64,000 nucleotides of DNA from Verrucomicrobia bacterium ADurb.Bin006 (lineage in GTDB: Bacteria > Verrucomicrobiota > Verrucomicrobiia > Limisphaerales > J093), in NCBI GenBank assembly GCA_002071485.1, contig MWFF01000197.1, forward strand, positions 31,424 through 95,423, in the 5' to 3' direction. The position numbers were made by a program, and so were the translations under genes. Positions 54,101-62,934 of the stretch are shown in pieces; positions within the stretch are counted from its first letter, which is position 1; every line of letters begins with the position of its first letter. The notes below the pieces were generated by a model. The model ran no database searches. It was not told the DNA's origin and was given only the letters and a program-made list of their open reading frames with translations.

Positions 54101-54903
54101 CGATCGAGTCGCTCAGCGCGCGGACCCGCGAGGCCATTGTCGCCGAGCGCGCCCGGGGCGCGTATGCGTCGCTGTCGGATTTCTATCTGCGGGTCCAGCC
54201 CCGGCTCGAGGAGATGGAGGTGTTGTCGAGGGCGGGGGCTTTTGACGGTTTCGGGCGGAGCCGTTGCGAGCAGTTTTGGGAGATGCAGCATGCGCACCGG
54301 CGCTGGGGCGGGGAAGGGACTGTCGGGCAGCCGTGGCTGCTGCCGCTCGTCGCGCGGGATATGCCGTCGACCGCCGTCGCGGTTCGAGGCGGCGCGCCCG
54401 CGGAGTCGGGGGCGGGGGGGGCGGCTCTTGACCTGACCGAGCCGAGTCGTGTGCAACGGTTGCGGTGGGAGGTCGAGTTGCTGGGGTTTCCGGCCAGTGG
54501 GCATCCGCTCGAATTGTACCCCGACGTTGCGTGGGAGACGTACTGCCCGGTGGCGCGTCTGGGGCGGTTCATCGGACAGGAGATCACGCTGTGCGGTCTG
54601 GTGATCGAGGATCGGGTGCACCACCAGGCCACGGGCGAGCCGATGAAGTTCCTGACGCTGGCGGACTGGACGGGGATGATCGAGACGGAACTCTTTGCGC
54701 GCACGTACAAGACATACGGCCTGGCCACGGTGCGGTATCCGGTGTTGGAGGTGACAGCGCGGGTCGAACCGTTTGAGAACGGTCGGGGCCATTCGCTGCG
54801 TGTCGTGCGGGCCGGGCGGCCGCGTTTGGTCAATCGACAATCTCGAGTTGATAGAAGCGCGAACGCTTGCTGTCCGGATGGCGGCGTCCGAACCCCGCCT
54901 TGA
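51145..54903 (+). CDS. dnaE: DNA polymerase III alpha-subunit family (DnaE-type; start uncertain)
   Basis: PHP domain VVRSHYSFLNSTLSPGAIVDLARAGGFPAVALCDQGNLHGAVEF...GVKAIIGVEI. Palm/fingers LPDIDIDFPHDRKDDV...HPCGVVLS...GLVKMDILAQGGL...VIRPGA...YEEQILQ...GYAFCKAHSTAYG. OB fold ITLCGLVIEDRVHHQATGEPMKFLTLADWTG. The first ~79 tracked codons are Arg/Ala/Pro-rich, so GTG 51382 (MVRSHYSF) is a plausible true start. Confidence 0.85.
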   Translation: MKTVRGSRLLTDRPGAQQSSGARLRPAQRDVKARSHSNPQRQARPPRAGARSATEADERLVAAAGALPRLDAAPAPIPLVVRSHYSFLNSTLSPGAIVDLARAGGFPAVALCDQGNLHGAVEFAMAAKAAGVKAIIGVEIRCDAAPLWLYVENATGYGNLCRLISDKAQSEAAARKGRAEPAGRTPGLDFAARELAAAPRDGLLAVSTDAGLARLFPGRFYRAIRTRGELRRHKFDPGGLPVVPVFPVHYARADCRWRFDVVQSIRTLTLLRQAHPAKVLDSKWSFRAADELAALFGRYPELAAATRELADRCDFVFRFGQPQFPDFRPPDGSTPRQFLRHLVLRGLEARYGAGRAGRLMGQVEEELAMIGTVGYEEYFLVVWDLLRSCRERGIDWITRGSAADSLVCYCLGISGVCPIRFDLYFRRFLNAERMAMHKLPDIDIDFPHDRKDDVVDLLFAKYGRDHCAVVGGFSTFRARSAFAEVAKVFGVSERDVRRFTEHFPWSIGEGWPGSGSPDGARAREAGGRLESLLRASPECRDLPLDEEPFASALAMAEFLDGVPRHPKMHPCGVVLSRQPMSELTATFVSQKGYPTTQFDMDAVEAIGLVKMDILAQGGLAVMRDVKGMLRERGIATDCERFTLNHSSGEARCDAPAPRASLEAGPVRRADPVVAGEALIDEVKRIESGTGGDRPSEQSNTDQMPSSERSCTADISLLFEARHGASAFDDPEVWELIAGGHARGVHHIESPAMTSLCQMCNVRDIDTLIAIVSVIRPGAANEDKKREFARRYQGLSAVAYPHPAIADCLRSTFGLVVYEEQILQICEAFAGLPGGRADMLRRGLVKDDARVVAEIAPEFAEAARRLGRTEDAIRRVWELVIGFHGYAFCKAHSTAYGVEAYQSAWLKRSFPAEYMAGVLSNGKGFYRPLVYVLECHRLGIPLVGPWVNDPGPGFRVIERPEPLPGAGERPSMPRSASGRAIRVPVGSIESLSARTREAIVAERARGAYASLSDFYLRVQPRLEEMEVLSRAGAFDGFGRSRCEQFWEMQHAHRRWGGEGTVGQPWLLPLVARDMPSTAVAVRGGAPAESGAGGAALDLTEPSRVQRLRWEVELLGFPASGHPLELYPDVAWETYCPVARLGRFIGQEITLCGLVIEDRVHHQATGEPMKFLTLADWTGMIETELFARTYKTYGLATVRYPVLEVTARVEPFENGRGHSLRVVRAGRPRLVNRQSRVDRSANACCPDGGVRTPP

Positions 54904-55213
54904 GATAGTCGAACTTGAATCGGTAGTTGAGGAAGCGCTGCTCCGGTGGCACGGGCACGGTGGCCCTCCAGCACCGGTCATTGAGAGTCGAGCGCCGCAT
55001 GGGGTGGAATTGGGTGCCGACAACCACGAAGGGCGTCATGGTGTCGTCGCGCACGGCGCGCTGGTTGGTATCCCAGCGCGCTTCGAGCGTGTAGAGGCCG
55101 GCCGGCGTCCGCCGCATCACCCGTGGCGACATGTTGGTGATCTGGTTTCGGGCGCAGCCGACCAGGAGCAGGACCAGGGCAGGCAGCCAGAGGTATCGCG
55201 CGTTGCTCAGCAT
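54830..55213 (-). CDS. Small lipoprotein (128 aa)
   Basis: MLSNARYLWLPALVLLLVGCARNQ carries a lipobox (LVGC). I place the start at ATG 55213 inside tracked ORF 54830..55543. The 3' end overlaps the dnaE 3' end by 74 nt (convergent). Confidence 0.55.
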   Translation of the reverse strand: MLSNARYLWLPALVLLLVGCARNQITNMSPRVMRRTPAGLYTLEARWDTNQRAVRDDTMTPFVVVGTQFHPMRRSTLNDRCWRATVPVPPEQRFLNYRFKFDYLKAGFGRRHPDSKRSRFYQLEIVD

Positions 55214-55301
55214 GTCCGAACCGTTACTGGAGGGGCGCGTGGAAGTAAAGGCGGAACCTGCGCGCTTGAGCCGCGTCGGACGTCTGCTATTTTCAGCGCC
55301 C

Positions 55302-56366
55302 ATGAACAACGGGATCGCAGTGGCGGGACTGTGCTGGCTGCTCGCGCAGGCCGAGGTGGGGATGGCCGCGGAAAAAGTCTTTGACCTGACGGGCGTGAAA
55401 CCGAATGAGGCGCCGCCGGGATTTCGAAGCGCCCTTTCGGGAACGGGGCAGCCGGGCGAGTGGAAGGTCATCCTCGATGACGCCCCGCTCACGTTTGCGC
55501 CGATGACGCGCGAGGCACCCCAGACCCGCAAGATTCCTGTCATCGCCCAGCTTTCGCGGGACCGAACCGACGAGCGGTTTCCGCTGTTGGTTTATGACGA
55601 GGAGGTTTTTGGCGATTTCAAGCTGAGGGTGCGGTTCAAGACCGTCGATGGGGTTGTCGAACAGATGGCCGGGGTGGCCTTTCGGCTCCAGGACGAACGC
55701 AACTTCTACGTTGTGCGCGCCAGCACGCTGGGGCGCACCTTCCGCTTCTACCGGGTTCATCAGGGCATCCGAGACACTTCGATCGGCCCGGAGATTGCCA
55801 TCCCGAGCGGCGTTTGGCACGAGCTGTCGATCGAGTGTCAGGGCAATCGGATTCGACTGCGTCTTGACGGGGAGCAACCGATTCCGGAGATCACGGACCC
55901 GACGTTTGCGAACGGCAAGATCGCTCTGTGGACGAAGTCGGACTCGGTGAGTTACTTCACCGATCTGCGGATCGAGTACACGCCGCGCGAGCCGCTGGCC
56001 AAGGCGCTTGTGCGGGACGCGCTGGAGAAGTACCCGCGTCTGTTGGGTCTGCGGATTGTGTCGACCACGAGCCGGCGGCCCGAGTTGCATGTGGTGGCCA
56101 GCAGCAATCCCGGCGAGGAAGGCCAGCCCGGCAACGCGTATGAGAAGCAATGCATCGAACAGAACATCGTTCTGTTCGGCAAGAGCGATCGGAAAGCCAT
56201 TGTGACGATGCCCCTCCACGACCGCAACGGCGACGCCATCGCCGCCGTGCGGTGTGAACTCGAGACCTTTTTTGGCCAGACCGGGCAGAATGCCGTCGCG
56301 CGGGCCGTTCCGATCCGCAAGCGGATGGAGCCCCGCGTGACGTCCCTCAAGGAGTTGACCGAATGA
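55302..56366 (+). CDS. Secreted protein with DUF1080/LamG-like jelly-roll N-domain
   Basis: Start at MNNGIAVAGLCWLLAQAEVGMA (signal). GEWKVILDD...VFGDFKLRVRFKTVDGVVEQMAGVAFRLQDERNFYVVRAS...WHELSIECQGNRIRLRLDGE...NGKIALWTKSDSVSYFTDLRIEY. The C-terminal half is unassigned. Confidence 0.6.
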   Translation: MNNGIAVAGLCWLLAQAEVGMAAEKVFDLTGVKPNEAPPGFRSALSGTGQPGEWKVILDDAPLTFAPMTREAPQTRKIPVIAQLSRDRTDERFPLLVYDEEVFGDFKLRVRFKTVDGVVEQMAGVAFRLQDERNFYVVRASTLGRTFRFYRVHQGIRDTSIGPEIAIPSGVWHELSIECQGNRIRLRLDGEQPIPEITDPTFANGKIALWTKSDSVSYFTDLRIEYTPREPLAKALVRDALEKYPRLLGLRIVSTTSRRPELHVVASSNPGEEGQPGNAYEKQCIEQNIVLFGKSDRKAIVTMPLHDRNGDAIAAVRCELETFFGQTGQNAVARAVPIRKRMEPRVTSLKELTE

Positions 56367-56459
56367 GGCGGCGATGGCCTTGGCGTTGCGCGGCCGGCGA
56401 CGAATCTTGGAAGGCCGAGGACCGTCTTTCGTGGGTTCCCGTTTAGAGGGCAGGAGAAA

Positions 56460-57401
56460 TCACTTCTTGGGCTTGGGCTTCTTCTTGGGAGTGTTTTTGC
56501 CGGTCGCATCAGGCTTCTTCTCGACAGGCGCGGTTGGTGGCGGGGCGATGGGTTCGACAGATTCCTTTGCCGATTGCGGGAGGTCTGAGGGCGAGATGGT
56601 GCGGATGCCGCCTCGGACGATGACACTGCCGTCTTCCGATGCGCGCAAGGCCGGGCGGCTGTTCGTGTAGCGGTGGGCCTGGCGGACGGTCAGTTCGCCG
56701 CTGGGCGAGATGACGCAGTAGGTGAACTGCCGCGCGCTGGTTTGAGAGAGGACGTGGAGCAGGCCGGAGTGGTCCACCTGCGCCTCGGGGCGGCTGAAGG
56801 CAAGGACCGGGCCGATCGGAATGACATTGAAGACCTGCGCCTCCTGTTGGTCGGAGACGCGGACATAGAGTGTGACCGTTTTCTGATTCATGGCCTGGAT
56901 CAGGGCGTAGCGGCGCACCTCCAATGCGCCGGCCGCGGGGCCTTCAGCGAGGCGGACGCCGAAGTCCTGCTCCCAGATCCGGGCTCCGCCGGTGACCTGG
57001 ACGCTGGCCGGCTTGCCGATCACGGTCTGGCCCAGTTCCGCAAGACGCACGGTCGGAGTGACTTTGTACAGGCCGACGTGTCCCACGTCGTAGTGGGGAA
57101 TCAGGTCGACCCATCGAGTCGCTCTGGACGAGGACGGCACCTCGAATGGCTCGACGATCGGCGGGTCTGAGCGCTGCGAGACCAGCTCACCGCTCTCGGT
57201 TTCCACCATCAGATCGAGCCAGTCCGGGCTCGATCCCAACCGGAGCGTCTGGCCGGAGAAATTGGTGATGCGCACCCCGACCCGCACGCGTTCGTTGGCG
57301 AGGTATTGCTCGTGTTCAAAGACCGTCTCGACGGTCACCTGGCCCAACAGCGTTCCGGCCGCCAGCAGGAAGACCATGGCACATCGCACCCGACTGTTCA
57401 T
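56460..57401 (-). CDS. Secreted hypothetical protein with Lys/Pro-rich C-terminal tail
   Basis: Signal MNSRVRCAMVFLLAAGTLLGQ. The body looks beta-rich. The tail reads PPPTAPVEKKPDATGKNTPKKKPKPKK. Confidence 0.6.
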   Translation of the reverse strand: MNSRVRCAMVFLLAAGTLLGQVTVETVFEHEQYLANERVRVGVRITNFSGQTLRLGSSPDWLDLMVETESGELVSQRSDPPIVEPFEVPSSSRATRWVDLIPHYDVGHVGLYKVTPTVRLAELGQTVIGKPASVQVTGGARIWEQDFGVRLAEGPAAGALEVRRYALIQAMNQKTVTLYVRVSDQQEAQVFNVIPIGPVLAFSRPEAQVDHSGLLHVLSQTSARQFTYCVISPSGELTVRQAHRYTNSRPALRASEDGSVIVRGGIRTISPSDLPQSAKESVEPIAPPPTAPVEKKPDATGKNTPKKKPKPKK

Positions 57402-57649
57402 GGAAGCAATCTACGGGCCGCGCGCGGAGTGACAAGCGGCAAATGCGCCCACCCGCTGGCCCGCATGTTCCGTGGAGTTATAACCACCGCGAGGCCAAGA
57501 AGTGCAGAATGTGGACTCATGCGGGCCGGACAGCAAAGAGGGCTTGCCAGAGCCGGTCCAGGACGGAAGATACGGGCGCCTTGGCAGTGCGGCTGAAGAG
57601 AGCGCGGTCGGGGTGGGTGTTTTGTGCGCTCTGGTTTCGATCACCCTCT

Positions 57650-58837
57650 ATGCGTTCGATACTGATTGTTGGCGGCGGCCTGGTCGGCCTGGCGACGGCC
57701 CATCGTCTTCTCGATCACAATCATCGACGAACCGTAACGGTCCTCGAGAAGGAGTCGTGGGTCGGGCAGCACCAGAGCACGCACAACAGCGGTGTGCTGC
57801 ACGCCGGGCTTTCATACTTGCCGGGATCGGTCAAGGCGCGTCTGGCCGTCGAGGGCATTCGTCAGATGGTGGCCTTCTGCCGCGCCGAAGAGATTCCGCA
57901 CGAGATCTGCGGCAAGCTCGTCGTTGCCGTCGAACTGGAGGAACTGCCGCGTCTGGACGAACTCCTGCGGCGCGGCGCGGCCAACGGCCTCGGGGGGCTG
58001 CAGAGACTGGATGCCGCCGAATTGCGCCGGATCGAGCCGCACGCGAACGGCATCGCCGCGGCCCGCGTGCCTGAGGAGGGGATTGTGGACTACCGGGCCG
58101 TTTGCGATCGACTTGCCATGCGAATTCAGGAGCGCGGCGGGCGGATTGCCACCAATGCGCGGGTGCTGCGTTTCGAGTCGCGGGGGCGGGGTTGGGGAGC
58201 GCTCACGACCGCGGGCGAGTACAGCGGGGACTTTCTGATCAATTGCGCGGGTCTTCACTGCGATCGTGTTGCCGGGTTGGCCGGCGAGCGACGCGAGGTG
58301 CGGATTATTCCGTTCCGGGGCGAGTATCACAAACTGAAGGCGGAGCGCCGGCACCTGGTGCGGCATCTCATTTATCCCGTGCCAGATCCGAAGTTCCCGT
58401 TTCTGGGGGTGCACTTTACGCGGCTCATTCATGGGGGGATCGAGGCGGGTCCAAACGCGGTGTTGGCCTGCGCGCGCGAGGGTTATCGGCTGACCACGTT
58501 CGACGTGGCGGACATCCTCGACGCGTTGAGTTTTCCGGGCCTGTGGCGATTCCTGCGCCAGTATCCGGCAATGGCATGGACGGAGCTGGCGCAATCGGTG
58601 AGCAGGAGGCGGTTTTGTCGATCGTTGCAGAGGCTGGTGCCGGAGATTCGAGTCGAGGATTTGGAGCCTGGTGAGGCGGGTGTGCGGGCGCAGGCGATGA
58701 CGCCTGGTGGGAGTCTGGTTCAGGATTTTCACATAGTGGCCCGGTCCAACGCCCTGCATGTGCTCAACGCCCCGAGCCCTGCGGCCACGGCGTGTCTGGC
58801 CATCGGCGAACACATCGCGGATCAACTTCCTGCGTAG
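57650..58837 (+). CDS. lhgO: L-2-hydroxyglutarate oxidase (FAD-dependent)
   Basis: MRSILIVGGGLVGLATA (FAD GxGxxG), HQSTHNSGVLHAGLSY, IPFRGEYHKL...HLIYPVPDPKFPFLGVHFTR...GPNAVLA..REGY...AGVRAQAM...LNAPSPAATA. This is collinear with the E. coli LhgO sequence as I remember it. Confidence 0.88.
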   Translation: MRSILIVGGGLVGLATAHRLLDHNHRRTVTVLEKESWVGQHQSTHNSGVLHAGLSYLPGSVKARLAVEGIRQMVAFCRAEEIPHEICGKLVVAVELEELPRLDELLRRGAANGLGGLQRLDAAELRRIEPHANGIAAARVPEEGIVDYRAVCDRLAMRIQERGGRIATNARVLRFESRGRGWGALTTAGEYSGDFLINCAGLHCDRVAGLAGERREVRIIPFRGEYHKLKAERRHLVRHLIYPVPDPKFPFLGVHFTRLIHGGIEAGPNAVLACAREGYRLTTFDVADILDALSFPGLWRFLRQYPAMAWTELAQSVSRRRFCRSLQRLVPEIRVEDLEPGEAGVRAQAMTPGGSLVQDFHIVARSNALHVLNAPSPAATACLAIGEHIADQLPA

Positions 58838-58971
58838 AATCCTTGACATGTTTCTGGAAGGGGCAAGCCGCGAAAACCTGGCTTGCGCCAATCATCGTAA
58901 TCCGCCAGGGCCTCTTCCGCGACCGCGGGATCAGCCCTCCGAGAAGGGTCGGCTTTGTGAGAAGAAGAGAA

Positions 58972-58999
58972 AGAACCCGGGGATTGCTCCCCGGGTTCT
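58972..58999. terminator. Bidirectional intrinsic-terminator-like hairpin between convergent lhgO and the Ig-giant gene
   Basis: AGAACCCGGGGA-TTGC-TCCCCGGGTTCT has a perfect 12-bp stem and a 4-nt loop. On the minus strand it is followed by CTTTCTCTTCTTCTC; on the plus strand by TGCGATTC. Confidence 0.6.
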
Positions 59000-59096
59000 T
59001 GCGATTCATGTGTGCCGCGAGGTGACTGGCATGTCCAGGACCCCGCCTGGCCAACCTGGCGCCGGCTCGAAGGCAGGCGCCAGGCGGTCGCGGACC

Positions 59097-62000
59097 CTAC
59101 GGGTTGACGACCCGGAAGAAGCTGGCCGAGCCGGATGCCGTGGTTGCGTAGGGACTGGTCGCGCCCGTGATCTTGGTCCAAGGCCCGGTCACGGCCGGTG
59201 CGGACTGGAGTTCCTGGGTGGCGGTGGCCGGTGTCCAGGAGACCGTGATGTTGGCTCCGTCACGCCCGATCGTCAGGGTCGGCCTGCCGGCGGGCGGATC
59301 GAGGACCAGGTAACCTTTGAGGTTGACGCGCAGGCCCAGGGGATTGAGGTCGTAGGTGGTGTTCGGCGTATTGTAGACGACGAAGTCCACCGTGTTCGGA
59401 CCGGCGACGAGCCCCTCTGAAAGAGTGAAGGGCGTCCAGCCACCGAAACCGGCGGTGTTCACCAGTCCGGTGCTTTCCTCGTTGACGAGAATGTCCACAC
59501 CGGTGTTGTCGACAGCCCATTGTCCCTTGATGAGGACCTTGCTGATATCGTAACCGGTCAGGTCGAACGTCGTGCGGAAGGTGTACTCTCCGCCGGCGTT
59601 GCCGCTGATCCCGGGATTGATGTCTTCCCGCTGATCAGCGCTCGCCGCAATCCACTTCGAATCCGGACCGTTGAGCAGCCAGACACCGGCCTGGATCGGC
59701 CATGCATTGGTGATGACCAACGCATCGGGTCCCGGGTACTGCCAGTCGGCACTCGCGGTCATCGTGTAATGCGGATCGACTGCGCCGTCTTCGAGCAAGG
59801 CGCCGTTGGCGTCGACGCCCGTGCTATAGATGCCCGGGATCGGGCGCAGGCAAACGCAGACGAACGCCGGATTGCTGGTGGCGGCGCCGGAGGCGTTCAT
59901 TGCGGTGAACGTATAAGAACCGGACTGCTCGTAGGTCGCGTCCGCGAGTGTCAGGGTGGGCCCTGTTGCGCCCGGAATGGGCGTGCCGTCCTTGCTCCAT
60001 TGGAAGGTGATCGGAGCGCTGCCCTGGGCGTTGCCGACCAGAGTCACGGTCGACCCTTCAGGCACAGTCTGGCTGAGCGGATGGATGAGAATTTCCGGGG
60101 CGACTCCGGGCGGGATGGTGACGTTGCTACGGATGATCTCGACGCGCAGGCCGGTGTAGCCGACGTCCTGCACGTTCTCGACCACGAAGTCGATGGTGTT
60201 CACGCCCGCGACAAGGTCCACGTCCGTGCCCCTGATCGTGAATGGCGTCCAGAGGTTGAAGCCGGTATTCGGGGCATTCGCGGTGGCGACGCCGTTTACG
60301 CGGATTTCATTGCCGACGTTGTCGGTTGACCATCGGCCCTCGATGATGACTGTGCTTGGGTCGCGACCGGTGATGTCAAACGTGGTCCGATAGACGAAAA
60401 TCCCCACCGCGCTGTCCACGGTGTTGAATTTCGGTCCGATCCACTTCGAGGTCGAGCTGGCAGGCAACCACGTGCCGGTCGAGATGGGGAAGACCGATGT
60501 GTCCTGGACGATGGCATCGGTGGACTGCACATCCGGATTCTCGATCAGTGTGTAGTGCGGATCGACCGCGCCGTCCGCGAGAGGTGCGCGCGCGTCGTCG
60601 AGCCCCGTGCTGTACAGGTCGGGGATCGGCTCGTAGACGGTGAGGTTCGCGGCCGCGCTTGTGACCGGGCCGGCGCTGTTGCTGACACGGGCTGAATAGG
60701 CCGCCTCGTCGGCCTTCTGCACGTTGCTCAATGTGAGCGTGGCGCCGGTGCCTCCGGCGATTTCTTCACCGTTTTTGAACCATTGATAGACCAAGGGCAG
60801 GCTGCCGATGCCTTGGACGGAGAAACTGGCCGTGCCACCCACGGACACGGTCGTGGACACGGGGTTGCGCGTTACGAACGGCGCCGTGCCCGACGGAATC
60901 TCAACGATGGCGACATTGTCGATCAGCGCGGTGCAGTCGCCGCCGGCGGGAGCGCCTTTGATGAAGCTGAGCAGAAGCTCGGAGGCTGCGGCCTCGAAGG
61001 CGTCGCCGTAGATTTCGTAATAGACGCCGCCGCGGACGGGCGGGACCGAGTGAGCGGACACCAGGGTGACGCTGCCGAGTTGCACTTCCATGGACGGCAC
61101 GGTTGTTCCTGTGCGGGCGTTTTCGTAGTAGTGCAGATAGTAATCGGCGCCGGTGGTCAGACCGGTGACGGTCTGAGACAACGCCCCGTTTTGCTGCATG
61201 AAGGCGACCTGAGCCCCATGCGGGATCATGCCATTGTCGGCGAATGGGCTCCTTCCATCCTGGACGGGGTTGAGTCCGTGTCCGCCCAGGGCTGTCCAGC
61301 CGGTGATGTCCCAGTTGTCGCTCACATAGCCCGGCCAGGTCGAGAAGATGTCCTCCTCGAAGCTCGGGTTGGCGAGGGCGATGCCGACGGTCAAGGTGGC
61401 GGCGCTGCTCGTCACGGTGCCCATCGAGTTCTTCACCACCACGTCGTAGGCGCCCACGTTGGCGGCTGTGACCGCAGAGATGGTGTAACTGGTTTCGGTC
61501 GCCCCAGCGATATCGCTTCCCTTGAACCGCCATTGGTAGGTCGGGGCGGGAATGCCGGTGGCCGTGACCATGAACGTCGCAGGCTGATTGGCCGCGACGA
61601 CCACGTTCCTCGGCTGGGCGGTGATTTCCGGCGCCACATTGCGGCTGACCGCTTCGCGGTTGCTGAAGCCGTACGTATGGAAGCTGACGTTGGCGGGGTT
61701 GAGCGGGGCGTAATTGAGAGTGACGCTTCCACTGGCATCCGCTGTGTAGCGATACGAGAGTCGGATGCCTGCGTTATTGCCGAACTGGTCCTGGTTCACC
61801 GTAAGGCGGTCGTCGCCTACGCTGAATGTCGCCCATCGGATTGCCGGACCGGGATTGTCAAAGCCGACCGAATAGATCGTGGCGACGTATTCGACGCCTT
61901 CGGTGAGTCCGTCGATCTTGATGCTCTGGTGCGAGCCGGCGGTGACCGACGCGCCCGAATAGACGAAATCGCGTCCGAGCAACTGGCTGCCGCCCGTCAG

Positions 62001-62792
62001 GTTCGCGTCGTTGTCGCCGTTGAACACATTGCCGAGGAACGTTGTGCTGAACTTGCCGGTCACAGTCGGATTGGGTCCGGCGGCGCCGTTGAAGATGATG
62101 CCGTTGATCGTGGTGTTGTCAGCGGTGCCGAAGTTGTAGGCGTGCGTATAGACGTAGTTCGAATCGACGCCCGAGTCTTCGTCCGTGGACCAGGGAGCGA
62201 CGACCCAGCGACCGCTCGTGGGGGCGATGGTGAAGTTGTCGAAAACGGCCGTGTGATCGCCGGCTGCGTCGTTGAGAAGAGTCAGCAGATGCTGGTTGGC
62301 GGAGGCCGTGAACTCGAAGGCGATGTAGGCATAGGGCCTGGTTTCGGTGACGGGGTAGACGGTGACGTAAAGGACGTCCACGTAGTCGATCATCACCATC
62401 AGGTTCGGCGTCTCGGCTGACCGCGCGTTGGCGCGGAACATGACCTTGTACGTTGTTCCGGCGGTCAGGCCGGTGATTGTGGTTTCGAGGGTCGTGCCGT
62501 TGATCCCGTCGTCCGACTGGAGGAAGGCGACGTTGTTGCCGTCCGGGATAGCGCCGTTGTCGGCGAATGGGCTCCCGGTCGCAGGGTTCAAACCGGCGCG
62601 ATACTCGGCGTTGGCGGTCCAGCCGGTGATCGGGCTGTTGTCACTGATGTACCCTGGCCAGACGGTGAACGTGTCGGTTTCGAAGCTCGGATTGGGGATG
62701 GTTTGGCCGGAGACTTCGAGGCTGCAGGCCGCCAAAAAGGCGAGACCCAGCAGGCGGCACCGGCGCCATGGTGATGTGGAGGTTTTGTTCAT
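59097..62792 (-). CDS. Giant secreted protein with duplicated CBM/DUF642-like, Ig (I-set-like) and jelly-roll modules (1231 aa)
   Basis: Signal ...LLGLAFLAACSLEVSGQ. Two CBM-like openings (IPNPSFETDTFTVWPGYISDNSPITGWT; LANPSFEEDIFSTWPGYVSDNWDITGWT). Three Ig modules (e.g. PEITAQPRNVVVAANQPATFMVTATGIPAPTYQWRFKGSDI...GAYDVVVKNSMGTVTSSAATLTV). Two ~165-aa modules (..DGAVDPHYT...SKWI...YRTTFDITG../..FRTTFDLTG..). Confidence 0.8.
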   Translation of the reverse strand: MNKTSTSPWRRCRLLGLAFLAACSLEVSGQTIPNPSFETDTFTVWPGYISDNSPITGWTANAEYRAGLNPATGSPFADNGAIPDGNNVAFLQSDDGINGTTLETTITGLTAGTTYKVMFRANARSAETPNLMVMIDYVDVLYVTVYPVTETRPYAYIAFEFTASANQHLLTLLNDAAGDHTAVFDNFTIAPTSGRWVVAPWSTDEDSGVDSNYVYTHAYNFGTADNTTINGIIFNGAAGPNPTVTGKFSTTFLGNVFNGDNDANLTGGSQLLGRDFVYSGASVTAGSHQSIKIDGLTEGVEYVATIYSVGFDNPGPAIRWATFSVGDDRLTVNQDQFGNNAGIRLSYRYTADASGSVTLNYAPLNPANVSFHTYGFSNREAVSRNVAPEITAQPRNVVVAANQPATFMVTATGIPAPTYQWRFKGSDIAGATETSYTISAVTAANVGAYDVVVKNSMGTVTSSAATLTVGIALANPSFEEDIFSTWPGYVSDNWDITGWTALGGHGLNPVQDGRSPFADNGMIPHGAQVAFMQQNGALSQTVTGLTTGADYYLHYYENARTGTTVPSMEVQLGSVTLVSAHSVPPVRGGVYYEIYGDAFEAAASELLLSFIKGAPAGGDCTALIDNVAIVEIPSGTAPFVTRNPVSTTVSVGGTASFSVQGIGSLPLVYQWFKNGEEIAGGTGATLTLSNVQKADEAAYSARVSNSAGPVTSAAANLTVYEPIPDLYSTGLDDARAPLADGAVDPHYTLIENPDVQSTDAIVQDTSVFPISTGTWLPASSTSKWIGPKFNTVDSAVGIFVYRTTFDITGRDPSTVIIEGRWSTDNVGNEIRVNGVATANAPNTGFNLWTPFTIRGTDVDLVAGVNTIDFVVENVQDVGYTGLRVEIIRSNVTIPPGVAPEILIHPLSQTVPEGSTVTLVGNAQGSAPITFQWSKDGTPIPGATGPTLTLADATYEQSGSYTFTAMNASGAATSNPAFVCVCLRPIPGIYSTGVDANGALLEDGAVDPHYTMTASADWQYPGPDALVITNAWPIQAGVWLLNGPDSKWIAASADQREDINPGISGNAGGEYTFRTTFDLTGYDISKVLIKGQWAVDNTGVDILVNEESTGLVNTAGFGGWTPFTLSEGLVAGPNTVDFVVYNTPNTTYDLNPLGLRVNLKGYLVLDPPAGRPTLTIGRDGANITVSWTPATATQELQSAPAVTGPWTKITGATSPYATTASGSASFFRVVNP

Positions 62793-62934
62793 GTTCTTGA
62801 ATGACTTGTATCGCGTGAATTGCGAAAAACGACTCTAGGGCTTCGGCGGTCATGCGTCTACCGGAAATTACGCTGAAATGCGTCTTGCGCGATGCCGCTT
62901 CGACGGTGTGTCGGCGGCAACGGCCCCGACCGGA

